Below, piece after piece: positions 53,901-64,000 of a stretch of DNA of 64,000 nt (position 1 is its first letter; every line of letters begins with the position of its first letter). The DNA is from Trichinella spiralis (Eukaryota), in assembly GCF_000181795.1 (NCBI RefSeq), contig NW_003526945.1:318405-382404 (forward strand). The letters run 5' to 3'. Under the pieces are notes generated by a model, which was not told where the DNA came from, made no database searches, and saw only the letters and a list, made by a program, of their open reading frames with translations. The translations under genes were made by a program, and so were the position numbers.

Positions 53901-55403
53901 CCCAGGTGTTTTTCCATTCCTTGATTTTAGATCTGTTCAGAATGATTTGTAAAGTATATTTTAATAATTTTAATACTAAATTTTAATAATAATTTTAATT
54001 GCTTCTGTAAAATTAACACGATCTCTGCTTCTGCAGCTTTATATATAAAATTGCATTGGTTTAGCAAGAATGACCATTGTTATTTTTATTAATGTATGTG
54101 AAATTTTGCTTGGTCTTCATTGAGGAAAAGGTATATTTAATTTTATCCATAATAAGTTCACTTTTTTATTGTTATTATTCTAGAAGGCAATTGAGCATAC
54201 AGACAAATAGTGGCATGCATTTGTGGTAAAATGAAATTTTTGTTTTATTTAGCTGTTTTCCGCGTTCTTACAACAATTAGTGCACAAGTTTTTTTGTTTT
54301 TGATAAGTACATTATTAATATTAAAAAGTAAACAAGTTGAAAGATTTGTTTTTATCGTGTAGATGGCTTATTTTTTACTGAACATTTCTTTGATTCGACA
54401 TGGACCGAGTTTTGATTTCTGCGTTTGTTATTAGTAGGCGCTGAGTGTTTTTAGATATTTTAAATTTAACTGTTTGTCGTCAGTAATCCGGAATTTTTGA
54501 TTATTGTTACTATTTATTAATTAAAAAAAGTTTCGAAAAAGAATGCCAGCATTTCAGTAACAATGTAGCACTGTTAACATAATTTATTTTGACAAACTTG
54601 AATGTCTGTTGTAAATGATATGTTAACAATAGATAACCGTTTATCTTGTTTTTGCAAGTTTTCTCTGTAAATTGTTTGCGGGTCTATTGACAAGCCGACA
54701 GCGTGATTTCAACTATTTGTTAACATTTTTTTTATTCTGATAGCTGTGTGCCAAAAACTCAGATTCTCACAAAATACATGTATTGATTTCCATGTAGCCA
54801 TTCATTATTCACTGCTATGTTTGTTCGGCTGTTGTTCAGTGTATAAATGAAATAAATGTTTTATTTTTAAATGTTTTTCTTCCGTTTTTGCTTTTTTAGA
54901 TATAAATTATTTACATTAATGTTTACCGTTTTGAAATTTATGAATAATTTTCAGGTACATAAACACAGCACTGGCGTAATGTGATTGGTTGTCTGATGAC
55001 GTTTACGGCGTGCGGTATTTTCCCATATCTCTCTAAGCTGCATTCGCTCAGCTTTGGCAAAATGGCAGCAGTTCAATCTGTTCCTTTTTTTATTTTTGTT
55101 ACAGTTCTGATGATGAATGAAAGATTTCATTTCCAGTCAATTCAACTCAATTCATTTCAATGAAAATGATTCTGACAGTACTTGAACAACACAATCATTT
55201 GTTTACGCTTGTATTTTGTTTCTGCTTTTTAAACTGTGTTGACCAAATCTGGAAACTCTCTTTTCCCAGTCTGTTAATAACTTCTCGCTTTTCCGTTATC
55301 GTGTTTTCGCTCGCGATATTTGTTGCTCTTATTATTATTATTGAAAACAGTTATTCATTTGCGTTCGTCACATTCATGTGTTTATAGTTATATTTTGGGC
55401 GAA

Positions 55404-56418
<1,015 letters not shown>

Positions 56419-58342
56419 AGTAAACAATGGTGTAAACAATGGTGTGGAAATTTCATGACGTAGAAAGGAAAATATAAATTTGGAAAGTTTCTTTTTTTTT
56501 ACTACTATGATTTATTTATTTTGCACCAAATTTATTTATTATGTAATGGTATTTGAAGTATGCATTTTATTCACTTCGGTTATTGATGATGTCTTTTTAC
56601 AGTATGCACCTATTATGAGTAAATTAAATTCTGTTATTTGTCTAGTATTGAAAGAATAAAGAGAAACGTTGATAATTGTTATCAATTATAATAGTGAATG
56701 AAATATAAATAGCGATCGTGAAACATATCGAATGGCAATTTGTGTTTGAAAATTATTAAAACGTAAATTGTATCTGAGACCGGTGTATTTGTTGCAAGTG
56801 GATTAGTAAATGTCAAATTGAATTTGAAAATCAGACAATTTTAAAAATAAATTTGGTTTATTTTTTGTTCCATTTAGTGTTTCTTATCCATTTTTTCGAA
56901 ACATCTAACCAATGATAAGAGAGGATGATGAAACTGAAATTCATGTAAGGTTATTTAAAAATATTCCTGGCGCAGATGATCGAAGATGAACAGTCAACAT
57001 CAAATCAGCTGTAATTGTTGCAATGTAATTGGATAATTAAATATTTGAAATAGATTCAGAATTGAAACGTAATTACATTTTACTTTATCAGACAAAAATT
57101 AGTTATTTGGGTGCACACATATAAATAGGCATGAGAAATGTTTGTTTATTTATTTATTTATCGTCTTGTGTTTGTATTTATTTATGCAATGGTTGATGAG
57201 GAAATTTGCTCATGTTGAATTTTAAAATTTGTTTACTCAATGTTCTACAAAAATAGAACACAAACGTATACGGATTGTCAAGTAACAAATTTATTTTCCA
57301 TTAAAAGAAGTAACATTTATTATTTATTGTCTGCATGCGTGCATATATATGTAAATGTATACTGATATGGGTATGGATTTGAAATTGTTTGTTGCTGGAA
57401 AAATTGCATATTTGCCGAGCGAGCGTTCGAAGTCGTCAGTCAGTAGTGTTGATTTATTCCGTTCACGTTGGACGTGATGAACAACAACAGCCTTGAACTA
57501 ACTGACTTGCTCGATCGTTGAAAATATTCTGTCCTGTTTGTTTGTGCACAAAATTTAAATTTCTTCTCGTCATCATATTCATATCACGCCCGTTGCTCAC
57601 GTCGTTTCTTACACACGTCAGTCAGTCTACTTTTGCTTTTGAATTTATTAATTTCTGTCGTGTAGTAAAACTGAAATATTATCATTTAACAAATCAATGA
57701 GTTGAAAAGAGCAGAAAGAAAAATCTTTGGTGAGTCAGTGCACCTGAGCAAGCACTGCTGTGTGAAAAAACAAACATTGAACTCTGAGTATAAAGCTTGA
57801 AAACGCAGAAATATGGAAAAAAATTTAAATAAAAACAACAACAACAAACAATTGGCAAAAGTCGTCGCTGCTTTAACGTTTGTTTTGTCATGTCAATTAG
57901 TTGTTGCAATTAGTTTTTTGTCGTGTTTTCTTTTGTTGAAACAAACAAAACACATTGAGCCCTAATTTTCCAAGACACTGTGTAATAATATGTATACAAA
58001 TATGAATATAAAGAAATATTCAAAAAAAGTGCTTGCTGATTTGTTGCTAAGACAAACCAAAAGTGGAAGTGAATAGAGGAAGAGGAAATGAATGGAGCAG
58101 CACTGGCAAGATGTGTGATATTAAAAAAGAATAAGAAAAGATAAACAGGTAAAATTGAACCGGTCGAAGATTTGCTTGTGTGTTGAGTATGCTAAAAATT
58201 TGGAAAAAAAATAAAAATGTACGTATGGCACGGAAAATGGAAGAGATTTGAATATTCGATTCGATTCGATATATGCACACAAAAGCAAACGGAGAAAGGT
58301 GGTAAACACAAATAAAACAAACTCCGTTGCTGTGTGTGTGGT

Positions 58343-62787
<4,445 letters not shown>

Positions 62788-64000
62788 CTAAACGAATGGA
62801 AAAAAATATATATATATATACAAATGAATATGCTTTTGAAAGCTGATGCTCTGCTTTGACAAATCAACCCAGAACAACATGGGAAATACAGTAATGGGGA
62901 AATTGTGAAATGGAATTTTCGTTAAAGAGAAAAAACAAATAGCCAGGATGAAGGTGATGATGATGATGATGACGATGAAAAGCGACCTTGGACGCGAAAA
63001 GAGTAGATTAATATCGTTCGACTGACGGGCACAATGGAGCCCCCACAATGCCCCTCTGTTGGACCGAAGCTGGTCCCCTGATCGAGACAGCCTTTCCAGC
63101 CGAAGCGGAATGTAGACAATTCGTCCACTGTGCCCCCAAGTACAAGTGTGTCAATGCCACCAGGTTCAAGCCGGCGCGCCTCGAATCCCGACATCTTCTT
63201 CGATCAGAGCTGGCCAGATGCGGACCGAAAATAACAACCCAGACATTGGTACAACAACAATAACGACAAATAAAATATTCATAAAAACATCTCTAGTGAC
63301 ATTATTGCAACAATAAAATATCCCTAATAACCGTATTCATTTTATTCAACTGTCAAATGGTCGATTTTCACATGACCCAGAAATTTTATTTCCTCGTCAA
63401 TGAACATTTTTCACAACTGGATTGAAAAATTGAACAAAAAATTGCATTAATAAGTGAAATAGGTATTTTTCATCTCGTTGAACTGCAACAATAAATAGAT
63501 AAACATCCTGGTTTGAAATGCAAAAGAAAAAAAACAAGAATTTTTCATTTTTTACACGGATGAAAAATGAAGAATTGTAGAAATGTTGTGAAATTATCCG
63601 TCTGCATTACTGGCAACCTGTAAAGGCAATACTACTGAATAGACGACGAGTGTGCATTCAAAAGCCGAATAATGTATGTGGATTGGCTTCCTATAGAAAA
63701 TAAATTTAAATAATAATAATAATAATATCGCATTGTTTCAAGGGTCTTGGCCCGTTTGTCATGGAGAGAAATTCAATTTTGGGTTCATTGTGGAATAGGT
63801 AGGACGATTAGTTGTACACGGGCAGTTTCCAATGTCGATCCTTATGACAAACAACGTTAAAGCGAGGAGGCAAACAGTAATGAACAGAAACGCGTTCATT
63901 CGGCCTAAGTGAAAAAGAAATCCAAAAGCCGCAGGTGCTCAACAAGCAAATAAACGACCGTGAGAAAACGGTCCCTGGTCAACCATGGGTCAACGACGAT

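Noticed and set aside
62922..63194. ORF MSGFEARR...FRVQG as the first exon of the ZSWIM4/5/6 gene
   Set aside because: The phase would fit, but the donor (GTCGCT) is weak and the peptide lacks the conserved N-terminal family motifs (e.g. FWSFP, VLQVG).

Overview
AT-rich eukaryotic genomic DNA with many very short (about 55-110 nt) GT-AG introns and TTTCAG-like acceptors. The architecture fits a nematode, probably a Trichinella-like clade I species (inference). Left to right: an unassigned 2.8 kb; a ~1.26-1.29 kb-unit tandem array (about 2.8-11.2 kb, two N gaps); mitochondrial Lon protease (-); IFT140/che-11 (+), head-to-head with Lon and carrying a perfect RFX/DAF-19 X-box; grainyhead (-) with about 11 kb of gene-free upstream DNA; intronless ZSWIM7/SWS1 (-); ZNF608/scribbler-like (-); REEP5/YOP1 (+); and a 5'-partial ZSWIM4/5/6-type gene (-). 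The most intriguing unexplained element is the tandem array. Each unit carries a hairpin enclosing an AAG|GTAAAC donor-like junction that resembles stem-loop I of a spliced-leader RNA, but I see no canonical Sm site, so this is only a hypothesis. No rRNA, tRNA, CRISPR array or intact transposon was recognised. Family calls come from motifs I recognise, not from database searches.
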